Shown here: positions 55,369 through 63,742 of the stretch, piece by piece
Layout of the letters: the number at the start of each line of letters is the position of its first letter
How positions within the stretch are numbered: position 1 is the stretch's first letter
NCBI GenBank assembly: GCA_002170775.2
Contig: NHIP02000003.1
Span: 155,029-219,028, forward strand
Length of the DNA: 64,000 bases
From: Euryarchaeota archaeon TMED192
GTDB taxonomy: Archaea > Thermoplasmatota > Poseidoniia > Poseidoniales > Thalassarchaeaceae
Direction: 5' to 3'
Made by a program: the position numbers and the translations under genes
Notes under the pieces: model-generated
Seen by the model: the letters and a program-made list of their open reading frames with translations, nothing else
What the model was told of the DNA's origin: nothing
Databases searched by the model: none

Positions 55369-56397
55369 TCTATTATTCTCGTGGAAAGTATCCAAATCAG
55401 AAAGATCCAATGGCGAAGAGTCGAGGAGGATGGCTCCTTTCAAGTCAAGCGCTTCGCAAAAGCCATGCCTGTACACGATGGCACCTTGGCCATATTCTGA
55501 AACATAGCGGTCAACCTGCTTCTGAGTCTTCTTTCTAGGGAACTTCAATGCAGCGCCGAAGAAATGCTTGGCATCTATCCATGCACATGGAATCCCATTA
55601 ATTCTAACGTCGTCGAGAAGGAGGAGGTCAGGCGTAATGATTGCTCTTCCCTCGCTTCTCTTCTGCTCGACCTCAAGGTCTTCTTGCTTTCTGAAACGGA
55701 CGCCGATGGAGGAGAAGTATGAGCATAGAATATGCTCGAAAACCTCAGCAGCTGTCTGCGTCTCGGATTGATTCACTGAACTGACACGATCCGCTTCCTC
55801 TGCGAGTTGGAATTGTTCGAAATCACGTTCTTTGAGTCTAGATTTTGGAGATTTTAGAGATTCTTTGATCTTGTTCTTGGACCATCCACGTCCTGTGAGA
55901 ATGGCCCGGAATGTATTGACGGGCGGCGCGTCAAAGCGCTTGGATAGAGAAAGTACAGAGTCCCCACCTTCATACCTTCTTCGAAGTTCGTTGGAACGTC
56001 GCATCAAACGCCCGTGCGAATAGACGCTTTTCTCCTGATTCAATGCGGCCCTGAGTGATAGCGCCTGCTCCAGAGTGATATCTAAATCGGAAATCTGTTT
56101 TGAGATTTCATCGACCCTCTCCTGGGGGAGGAATCCAAATTCCCCTGGGCGGCTGATGATATCGCCTGTCTTTTTCTGTACCGACTTGGCCACTGAATTG
56201 ACGGGCCAATCAATCTCTATCTTCTGAGGGGGTGGGTCAATGCTCTCTGGGATGCCCATCGGAGAGGGAGAGGTTTCGAATCTCCCGAGTGCTCTCTGGA
56301 TCGCTTCAGAGTTCTGTTGGCCTTTGGCCTTGGCCTTGCTTGGTCCTCTCTGAGAGCGGCTTCGCCTCCGTGGCCCGTCGTCTTTGTTATCGCTCAA
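55363..56397 (-). CDS. PD-(D/E)xK-fold nuclease-like protein with TPD motif (CDIN1/C15orf41-like)
   Basis: The C-terminal core has E221 (AAEVFEHIL), ITPD257LLLL and WID275AK277HFFG, i.e. E...PD...(D/E)xK. An upstream HTH-like segment reads YEGGDSVLSLSKRFDAPPVNTFRAIL. The N-terminus is basic. Confidence 0.55.
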   Translation of the reverse strand: MSDNKDDGPRRRSRSQRGPSKAKAKGQQNSEAIQRALGRFETSPSPMGIPESIDPPPQKIEIDWPVNSVAKSVQKKTGDIISRPGEFGFLPQERVDEISKQISDLDITLEQALSLRAALNQEKSVYSHGRLMRRSNELRRRYEGGDSVLSLSKRFDAPPVNTFRAILTGRGWSKNKIKESLKSPKSRLKERDFEQFQLAEEADRVSSVNQSETQTAAEVFEHILCSYFSSIGVRFRKQEDLEVEQKRSEGRAIITPDLLLLDDVRINGIPCAWIDAKHFFGAALKFPRKKTQKQVDRYVSEYGQGAIVYRHGFCEALDLKGAILLDSSPLDLSDLDTFHENNRS

Positions 56398-56445
56398 CGA
56401 CCATCCGTGTGGCTACCCCGACATGAACCCAGCGTACGATGCAGA

Positions 56446-56784
56446 TCATTGAGGGGTGCGGAATCTTCTTTTTGCATAGGCATCATATACGATATCTCGG
56501 ATGAATCTAGGCACGAGAAGACCGATTGAGGCCATAGGCCAGGGAAACCTTAGTTGTCTGACGATCTGAAGAGCTGCGGTTGATTTCGCTGTCCACTTGC
56601 CCTCATCATCGATGAAAAAGACCGAGTCGACATTGCTCAATTCAGGTGGGCGCTGCTCGATGATGGCCTTTCCATCAGGGGTTTCCTGGCCTATGATTAA
56701 AAGAGCGCCCTTGGAATGTCTCTCGATGAATCGGGCCCATGCAGAGCAGGATTCACAGAAATCATCGTAGAGCACAATTGCCAT
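56446..56784 (-). CDS. DCC-family thiol-disulfide oxidoreductase (DUF393)
   Basis: From Met 56784: MAIVLYDDFCESCSAWARFI (D-x-x-C-x-x-C near the N-terminus) and ~112 aa. The longer ORF would overlap the leuS 3' end. Confidence 0.7.
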   Translation of the reverse strand: MAIVLYDDFCESCSAWARFIERHSKGALLIIGQETPDGKAIIEQRPPELSNVDSVFFIDDEGKWTAKSTAALQIVRQLRFPWPMASIGLLVPRFIRDIVYDAYAKRRFRTPQ

Positions 56785-56794
56785 TTCATTAACC

Positions 56795-59650
56795 TCACAA
56801 AAAGGCAATCCCGGGTTCAAGGGGTTGTGCGAACTTCGCCTTGCCGCCGGCATCCTCCCCGGTGCCTGCCTCATAGACCTCAATATTCCCTATCCCAAGC
56901 GTCGAGGCTATGAATTGCGATCGAGATTCGAGAATTGCTGCCTCGTTGGCTCCATTCCTGATTAGTGCCGTCTCTTCAGCAGTCCAGGTCTGTACTTTTC
57001 CCCGTCTCTTCTTTGAGCCCGTGGTAATTGTTGCCCATGTCTGAATGACTGCTCCCTTGTCACTTGATTTGAGAAATGACTGGTGCTTCTTGATGAATGA
57101 CATTCCTTCTCTGATGAAATCAAAATTTGAATCTTTGAGTTCGACGGCCTCCTTCGCGAGATTTGTAGACCACTCGGCCGCAGTCTGTATGACTATCCGA
57201 CTAATCGGTTTCTGTGAATGCTTCTGGGCTAGAGGGAGCAGGTTCCTTGCTGTATCGATGACGGATCGAAGATATGCCTCTTCAGCTATTATCACTGAAT
57301 CGTTATCAGTTGGTTTGTCTTGGCTGAGCACGGTATTTGCGAGCATTGACTTGCCCCCTATTTTGGTCCAGAGTTCTTCGGCGATATGCGGCGTGGCAGG
57401 CGCGATCATGTGCGCCCACTTTGACAGATATTCAATCGCTGAATCCCTATTCTGGCCACCTCTCCTGACATACCACTGCCAGTCGGACAGCATCTCGAAA
57501 TGGCTAATCATTACGCCTTCTCTCAAACTTACTCCCTGCATACAATCGATCCAACGAACTAGATTCGCTCTCCCTCTTGCCTTGAGCCATTCATCAATCT
57601 GATTCTGATTGATATCCATTGTAGATGCTGATGAAAAGGCGTCGATGATTGAGAGGATGTGCCTGTGGTTGGACTCTATGGCTGCGTCTGACCACTCCAT
57701 TCCTGCCTCGGGGTTGGCGCCGAATAAGATGAACAGGCGAACTGTATCGGCGCCATACCTCTCGACCATGTCTCCCGGGCTGACGGTGTTTCCAAGCGAC
57801 TTGCTCATCTTGGCAGATCTCGAGCCTAACACGGCGCCGCAAGTTGGGCATTCTTTTCCTTCGAGGTCGACGTGAAACTCGGTGTTGCAATCGGAGCAAT
57901 ATGGCGCGGGAGCATTCAGCATACCCTGACACACGAGACGTCCGAAAGGCTCGCCGACTAGGTTCATGCCCATGTCCCTGGTGGCCTTGGTGAAGAATCG
58001 CGCATAGAGCAGGTGCATCACCGCATGTTCGATACCGCCGATGTAGAGGTCCACTCCTCCCTCCATCCAATAATCGACAGCTTCTCTGGAGAATGGTGAT
58101 TCGCTGTTATTGGCATCGCAGAATCGCATGAAATACCACGATGAGTCGTAGAATGTATCCATCGTATCTGTTTCACGCGATGCTCCACCACCGCAGGAAG
58201 GGCATACGACGTTGGTGAATCCATCATGGCTTGAGAGCGGATTGCCGCTCTGATCTTCTGTGAAAGTCACATCTAATGGTAATGCCACAGGGAGGTCTTT
58301 GCGTGGCACCTTTACGATGCCGCATGAGTCACAGTGTATCATGGGGATCGGGGTGCCCCAGAAACGCTGTCTGCTCAACAGCCAGTCTCTGAGACGGTAC
58401 TGGGTCGTGCCTAATCCCGAGTTCTCGGACTCGAGAGACGCGATGACTGCTGATTTAGCATCATCACCGGATAGGCCGTCGAATTCCGGGCGGGTGGAGT
58501 TGACCATCGGACCGTAGTCGATGAATGCCTCCTCGAGAGGCTGGTCTGGATCGTCGTCAGGTTTCTGTACGAGGACTCTTCTGATTTCAAGATCATATTT
58601 CTTGGCGAAATCGAAGTCCCGTTGATCGTGACCCGGGACTGCCATCACGGCTCCTGTCCCGTACCCGGCGACTACGAAATTGCCCGCATATACCGGTATT
58701 CGATCGCCACTCATAGGATTGATGGCGTGCTGGCCGAGGAATACTCCCTTCTTCTCCTTCAAGAGGTTGATTCGCTCGAATTCGGAGAGTCTTGCACACT
58801 CATCTCTTAGATCTCTCCAAGCCGCCTCCCACTCAGTGCCTCTGCAAAGATCCTCGCAAAGAGGGTGCTCGGGGGAAAGCGTAAGGAACGTGACTCCGAA
58901 TATCGTATCTGGACGTGTTGTGAAACAGGATATTTCGGCATCGGATTTCTCAATCTTGAATTTGATCTCCGCTCCTCTGGAACGACCTATCCAATTCCTC
59001 TGCATCGCCTTTACATTGTCCGGGAACTCAATATCGTCTAATGAGTCGAGTAATTCATCAGAGTACTCGGTCATCTTGAGGAACCATTGAGCCATGTCGC
59101 GTTGCACCACATCGAGCCCACATCTCCAACAACGGTTGTTCTTCACCTGCTCGTTGGCTAGCACGGTATCACAGTCTACGCACCAGTTCACAGGTGCTGA
59201 ACGACGCTCAACGAGCCCGCGGTCATACAGGTCCAGGAACATCTCCTGGTTCCACCTGTAGTAGTCGACGTCTGAGGTCGCTAAACGGCGTCTCCAGTCG
59301 TATGAGTATCCCATTCGACGCTGGTCTGCCTGTATGCTTGAGATGTTGCGATCAGTGACTGTCGCTGGATGCCCCTGCTCCTTCTTAGCGGCATTTTCGG
59401 CTGGCATGCCGAACGAGTCGTAACCCATCGGATAGAGCACGTTCTTACCCATGAGACGATGGAATCTGGCCATTGCATCGCCGATTGAGTAGTTACGAAC
59501 ATGGCCCATGTGCATGTGACCCGAGGGGTACGGGAACATCTCGAGGCAGTAGAACTTGGGCTTGGACCGATCTACATCGGCATGGAAGGCATTTGTGCGC
59601 TCCCACTCGTTCTGCCACCGATGCTCGATCTCGGCGTAGTCGTACCTCAT
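56795..59650 (-). CDS. leuS: Leucyl-tRNA synthetase (bacterial-pattern sequence)
   Basis: MFPYPSGHMHMGHVRNYSIGD (HIGH region), GYDSFGMPAENAA, CP1 zinc hairpin CVDCDTVLANEQVKNNRCWRCG, CPSCGGGASRETDTMDTF and KMSKSLGN. Confidence 0.95.
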   Translation of the reverse strand: MRYDYAEIEHRWQNEWERTNAFHADVDRSKPKFYCLEMFPYPSGHMHMGHVRNYSIGDAMARFHRLMGKNVLYPMGYDSFGMPAENAAKKEQGHPATVTDRNISSIQADQRRMGYSYDWRRRLATSDVDYYRWNQEMFLDLYDRGLVERRSAPVNWCVDCDTVLANEQVKNNRCWRCGLDVVQRDMAQWFLKMTEYSDELLDSLDDIEFPDNVKAMQRNWIGRSRGAEIKFKIEKSDAEISCFTTRPDTIFGVTFLTLSPEHPLCEDLCRGTEWEAAWRDLRDECARLSEFERINLLKEKKGVFLGQHAINPMSGDRIPVYAGNFVVAGYGTGAVMAVPGHDQRDFDFAKKYDLEIRRVLVQKPDDDPDQPLEEAFIDYGPMVNSTRPEFDGLSGDDAKSAVIASLESENSGLGTTQYRLRDWLLSRQRFWGTPIPMIHCDSCGIVKVPRKDLPVALPLDVTFTEDQSGNPLSSHDGFTNVVCPSCGGGASRETDTMDTFYDSSWYFMRFCDANNSESPFSREAVDYWMEGGVDLYIGGIEHAVMHLLYARFFTKATRDMGMNLVGEPFGRLVCQGMLNAPAPYCSDCNTEFHVDLEGKECPTCGAVLGSRSAKMSKSLGNTVSPGDMVERYGADTVRLFILFGANPEAGMEWSDAAIESNHRHILSIIDAFSSASTMDINQNQIDEWLKARGRANLVRWIDCMQGVSLREGVMISHFEMLSDWQWYVRRGGQNRDSAIEYLSKWAHMIAPATPHIAEELWTKIGGKSMLANTVLSQDKPTDNDSVIIAEEAYLRSVIDTARNLLPLAQKHSQKPISRIVIQTAAEWSTNLAKEAVELKDSNFDFIREGMSFIKKHQSFLKSSDKGAVIQTWATITTGSKKRRGKVQTWTAEETALIRNGANEAAILESRSQFIASTLGIGNIEVYEAGTGEDAGGKAKFAQPLEPGIAFL

Positions 59651-59716
59651 GTTGGGGGCTCTCCGACCCCGCGGTCACAGGTCACCTCTTTGAGGTGCCG
59701 TAGGTACGAGGGGTTC

Positions 59717-60421
59717 ATGCTCGGAGAAGGCGAGTTCGACAAGAGGGTGTCCGAAGACGGGATTGAGGTGTGGGTCACCATGATGGGACCATACCTGAAC
59801 ATGAACACGGCATTCATCGATCGCATGGCCGGAATCGTCGCAATAATCGATCCGTTCGATGCATCTGAATGGAGTTCTGCTCTATCGGCGGAGGGTCTCG
59901 AGCCTACTCATATTCTCTACACCCACACGCACAGGGACCATGCTGCGGGATATCCAGGGATGCTCTCGCTGTATCCCGACCTAGAGGTCTGGGGCCATGT
60001 GGATGCCCGCGTTCCTGATCTGCTTAGCCACATGGTCTTCAGCGAAGTGGCCTTCACGAATGAATGGGCCCAGCCCGCTGGAGAGAGCATAGAGTGGTCT
60101 GTAGGGGGGATTCGACTTACTGTGACTCACACGCCAGGACATGCTCCCGGCCATGTGACTCTCCATGGGCACGGGGTTTTCCACGCAGGTGATCTGTTGT
60201 TCACGAATGGAATGGGGCGCGTTGACCTGCCAGGATCTGATCCGATGGATCAGTGGGACAGCATCAGGACTGGGCGGGAGATTCTCAGGAGCCTTCCAGG
60301 AAGCTGGAGGATGATACCTGGGCATCGCTACGACTGGATAGACGGAAGCACCCCTGACTGGGTGAGCATCGCAGATGCCCTGAAGCACAACTACGCTCTG
60401 AACTCGCCAGGTCTGGGTTAA
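59717..60421 (+). CDS. MBL-fold metallo-hydrolase (glyoxalase II-like)
   Basis: ILYTHTHRDHAAG (HxHxDH), HTPGHAPGHVTL, HAGDLLF and IPGHRY. Start taken at Met 59717, because the ORF opening at 59501 overlaps leuS. Confidence 0.8.
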   Translation: MLGEGEFDKRVSEDGIEVWVTMMGPYLNMNTAFIDRMAGIVAIIDPFDASEWSSALSAEGLEPTHILYTHTHRDHAAGYPGMLSLYPDLEVWGHVDARVPDLLSHMVFSEVAFTNEWAQPAGESIEWSVGGIRLTVTHTPGHAPGHVTLHGHGVFHAGDLLFTNGMGRVDLPGSDPMDQWDSIRTGREILRSLPGSWRMIPGHRYDWIDGSTPDWVSIADALKHNYALNSPGLG

Positions 60422-60613
60422 TCACTCGGCCTTGCTGACCTTGACGGCGTTTGGGCCCTTTGGACCCTCGGCGACCTCGAACTCGACAGCGTCGCCGTCG
60501 CGTATCTGGCCGTCTACCTCGGATATGTGCACGAAGAGGTCTTCCGCCCCCTCACGCTCGATAAATCCGAACCCTTTCTTCTGATTAAACCACTTGACTG
60601 TTCCTTGAGCCAT
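60422..60613 (-). CDS. csp: Cold-shock protein (CspA family)
   Basis: [33 protein letters not shown] carries the RNP1/RNP2 motifs (KGFGFI, LFVH). 63 aa. Confidence 0.9.
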   Translation of the reverse strand: MAQGTVKWFNQKKGFGFIEREGAEDLFVHISEVDGQIRDGDAVEFEVAEGPKGPNAVKVSKAE

Positions 60614-60883
60614 GAGGGGGGGCGGCGGCTCCTAGTTATTCATATCATCCATACCTTGGCCCATCAAACAAGCCAGTGCAGAAGGTTCTGATCAGGCCAG
60701 TTCACCCTTGGTGGCTTCCAAGAGTTAGTATGCGAAGCAGAAATGATATTCATACGTGATTTGAAGGACTAGGTCGCTTCTTGGGCTTTCATGATCGCGT
60801 TGCGGGGCTTGATAGTGCTTGGACTAGATGCAGACAACGAAGCCCGAGGAGGGTTTGAAGCCTGAGCGGCTGCTGGGCCGGTC

Positions 60884-61936
60884 ATGCGCAGGGCGGTAGC
60901 AGGCCTCATGCTCGCCATTCTCGTGTGTAACGCATTGGCGGGATGCTTCGGGGACGGGGATACGTCCGGTGAGGGCGGTGTCGGGGACGGTTCGGAGGAC
61001 CTCTCAATTCCGTATACTGAGGATGGCATCTTCACATGCATCGATCACGACAACCTCACCAGATGCTGGCAGACCCACGTGCCTGAGGACCTCGATCCCG
61101 AGGTGGCCGTCCCGTTGATCATCGACATGCACGGGTACGCCTCCGACTCCACGGTCCACAGGGCCCTTTCCTCGTTCAACGACATCGCTGACGAGGAGGG
61201 TGCGATCGTGGTCTATCCCGATGGGGTGTCGGGGTACAACATGGAATGGGATCAGGATGAGAATCAGGCCTGGAACGCCGGATGGTGCTGCGCGCACTCG
61301 GCCCGCGACGACATAGATGATGTCGACTTCATCGAGAAGGTGGTAAACCTCTCCATGGAGATGCACAACGTCGATGCGGATCGAATCTACGCCTCCGGGT
61401 GGTCGAATGGATGCGCGATGGCGCAGAGACTAGCCATGGAGTCGAGCCACGTCTTCGCCGCTATCGGGTGCATGGCATTCTACCTCATCACGGATCATGT
61501 GGATTACTACGCCCCGATCCCCGTCATGGAGGTACACGGGTTCCTCGATCAGGTCGTTCTCTACGAGACCACTGCGTTTAGTATCCCCTTCAACGAGGAG
61601 ATGTGGACCAACCCGGAGGCGTATGACACCGGAGCGATCGAGAACATGTACGAGTGGGGGGCCCACAACGGATGCTCGGGCCCAGTGGAGACCTTCGAGC
61701 TGAATGCGTTATACTCCATCCAGGGCTTCGATAACTGTGTGAGCAATGCTTCAGTTCGTCTGATGACGATATATGCGGCTCAGCACAACCCCTACTCGAA
61801 TGACGTCGATGACGGGACGGCTCTTGGAGACATTTTCATCGGCACCCAGGGTTTGGTGGAGTCCAGCCATCTGGTCTGGGACTTCATGAGCCAATACTCC
61901 AAGGATACGGAAACAGAAGGATTGCCTCTTAGATAA
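60884..61936 (+). CDS. Secreted lipoprotein-type esterase, PHB-depolymerase/LpqC family
   Basis: Lipobox-like signal LAILVCNALAGC. PLIIDMHGYASDS, VVYPDG, WNAGWCC, DDVDFIEKVV and the nucleophile elbow RIYASGWSNGCAMAQRLA (G-x-S-x-G). Confidence 0.7.
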   Translation: MRRAVAGLMLAILVCNALAGCFGDGDTSGEGGVGDGSEDLSIPYTEDGIFTCIDHDNLTRCWQTHVPEDLDPEVAVPLIIDMHGYASDSTVHRALSSFNDIADEEGAIVVYPDGVSGYNMEWDQDENQAWNAGWCCAHSARDDIDDVDFIEKVVNLSMEMHNVDADRIYASGWSNGCAMAQRLAMESSHVFAAIGCMAFYLITDHVDYYAPIPVMEVHGFLDQVVLYETTAFSIPFNEEMWTNPEAYDTGAIENMYEWGAHNGCSGPVETFELNALYSIQGFDNCVSNASVRLMTIYAAQHNPYSNDVDDGTALGDIFIGTQGLVESSHLVWDFMSQYSKDTETEGLPLR

Positions 61937-61967
61937 ATCGATATGATGCCGACCGTGACGGAGGTTC

Positions 61968-62510
61968 ATGCCTAAGCTAGAGATTGGGGCTCCAGCCCCA
62001 AAAATAAGCCTGCCAGCCATAGATGGGACCACCTTCGAAATGTCATCGATGAAGGGGAGGAGGGTGATATTCACCTTCTTCAGATTTTCTTCTTGCCCAT
62101 TCTGCAACATGCGAATTGACGAATTGGTGAAGCGGTGGGACGAATTCGCTGAGGACGCAGTGATGGTGGGTGTTTTCGATGCCCGTATCGACGAATTGAA
62201 GAGGAGAATGGGTAAGAAAGGGGTTCCTTTCACGATTGTTGCTGATGAGACCTACCAGCATTTCGATGAGAACGGTGTGGAGAAATCCTTCGCACGTTTC
62301 ATGTGGGGCGCGATGCGTTCTCCACTGACCATGTTGAAAGCGACGATGAGAGGGTACGTCCCGATGACTCTCTCCATATCCAAGATGTCCACACTTCCGG
62401 TCGACATACTGGTCGATGAGCATGGCAGAGTAGTCGAGGCTCATTACTGCAAGGATACGGTTGATCATCTGCCTATCGACAGACTTATCGAATTCTCGAA
62501 GGGGAATTGA
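61968..62510 (+). CDS. Peroxiredoxin-like thioredoxin-fold protein (AhpC/TSA-Redoxin family)
   Basis: IGAPAPKISLPAIDGTTFEMSSMKGRRVIFTFFRFSSCPFCN has a CxxC in the typical position after beta-1. Confidence 0.7.
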   Translation: MPKLEIGAPAPKISLPAIDGTTFEMSSMKGRRVIFTFFRFSSCPFCNMRIDELVKRWDEFAEDAVMVGVFDARIDELKRRMGKKGVPFTIVADETYQHFDENGVEKSFARFMWGAMRSPLTMLKATMRGYVPMTLSISKMSTLPVDILVDEHGRVVEAHYCKDTVDHLPIDRLIEFSKGN

Positions 62511-62512
62511 GA

Positions 62513-63001
62513 TCAATCGGCTCGTGTCTTGACCCTGACAGACACGTACCAGACACCGACAAGGCCTGCAACGAGGATGGTTGCAGACCCGTATCCCGGG
62601 TCAGCGCCATCCCATGACGAAGGATCGAGGAGCGTTCCATTCCCCCTTGTCGAGACGGCCCAGACCCCGTAAGTAGAGAGGATGGTCATGAGTGAAATCA
62701 TGATTGAGATTCCATATTTTGCGTGCCTTGGGATCGTCTTTCCCGATGCGTAGTAGTCGAATATTGCAGGGCCGAAGAACCGATTTGTGAGGGTCCAGCG
62801 AAAGAGTCGCCTACTGGACAGGGAAAAGAGGAAAGCAGCAGGCACGGCCCACGATACCGTTGGCCATCCGGGTATCCATACCCCCGCTATGGCGAACATG
62901 ACGAACATGCTCCCCAAACCGATGTACAGCTTGCTTTTGAGAGATGAGCCCTCAACAGCGTACCTGTCGACTATTTCATCGACAGACTCGAGGCGTTCCA
63001 T
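62513..63001 (-). CDS. DUF454 (YbaN-like) membrane protein
   Basis: GLGSMFVMFAIAGVWIPGWPTVSWAVPAAFLFSLSSRRLFRWTLTNRFFGPAI matches the YbaN pattern (LP..PT..F.L.AA..F.R.S.R...WL). Confidence 0.65.
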   Translation of the reverse strand: MERLESVDEIVDRYAVEGSSLKSKLYIGLGSMFVMFAIAGVWIPGWPTVSWAVPAAFLFSLSSRRLFRWTLTNRFFGPAIFDYYASGKTIPRHAKYGISIMISLMTILSTYGVWAVSTRGNGTLLDPSSWDGADPGYGSATILVAGLVGVWYVSVRVKTRAD

Positions 63002-63079
63002 AGCATCGCGGGTTGCAGGAGGGAAATAAAAGTCGAGTTTTTGCCCACGATTCTTAGAGGATCACGTTTCCCATCAACC

Positions 63080-63742
63080 ATGAGTCGTGGGTTCGTAGCG
63101 CCTCGGGCTTCTACTTCTGAGGATCCTCTGCTCGTAGTTGTGCTGATATCTGGTTCAGGTTCAGGGCTTGCGGCTTTGCTGGAGCATCAGCAGGGTGTGG
63201 GCTGCACGCACAAAACGGTCATGGTGATCAGCGACAAGCCGGAAGCAGGAGGCTTGGCGCATGCGAAACGCCATGGTGTTCCCAACATGGCAATACCCCT
63301 CTCTGAGGAGGTTTCTGGATTGGAGAGGCGAATGGAGCAAGAGTCGCGAGTCCTGGATTCCATAGCGAAATCAGGGGCCGAACTGGTGGTTCTATCGGGA
63401 TACATGAGAATCTTGACGTCCGACTTCGTATCTCGATGGAAAGGGCGTTTGGTCAATATACACCCCTCCTTGCTACCCCTTTTTCCAGGGGCTCACGCGC
63501 ATCGAGACGTTCTGAATGCCGAAGAAGATATTTCGGGCTGCACAGTACATCTAGTCGACGAGGGCGTCGACACTGGGCCTATACTGGCTCAGCAGATCGT
63601 GCCCGTTCACGAGGACGATACTGTGGATTCGTTGAGCACGCGTATCAGGAAGGCGGAGCACGCCTTGTATCCCAGTGTTCTCGATCGTCTATGTAGCGAT
63701 CCCCTATCTTTCGAGATCGGATGGGGCGTTGAGATTGGTTAA
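63080..63742 (+). CDS. purN: Phosphoribosylglycinamide formyltransferase
   Basis: VVLISGSGSGLAALL, VVLSGYMRILTSDFV, RLVNIHPSLLPLFPGAHAHRDVL, GCTVHLVDEGVDTGPILAQ. Start taken at ATG 63080 (the ORF opens at TTG 63041). Confidence 0.85.
   Translation: MSRGFVAPRASTSEDPLLVVVLISGSGSGLAALLEHQQGVGCTHKTVMVISDKPEAGGLAHAKRHGVPNMAIPLSEEVSGLERRMEQESRVLDSIAKSGAELVVLSGYMRILTSDFVSRWKGRLVNIHPSLLPLFPGAHAHRDVLNAEEDISGCTVHLVDEGVDTGPILAQQIVPVHEDDTVDSLSTRIRKAEHALYPSVLDRLCSDPLSFEIGWGVEIG

Noticed and set aside
59501-59716. 5' extension of the MBL-hydrolase ORF
   Set aside because: It is antisense to the conserved leuS N-terminus. The MBL-fold homology starts after Met 59717.
60769-61041. 90-aa minus-strand ORF in the csp-esterase spacer
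   Set aside because: It is Pro/Ser/Ala-rich, overlaps the esterase signal-peptide region antisense, and has no motif.
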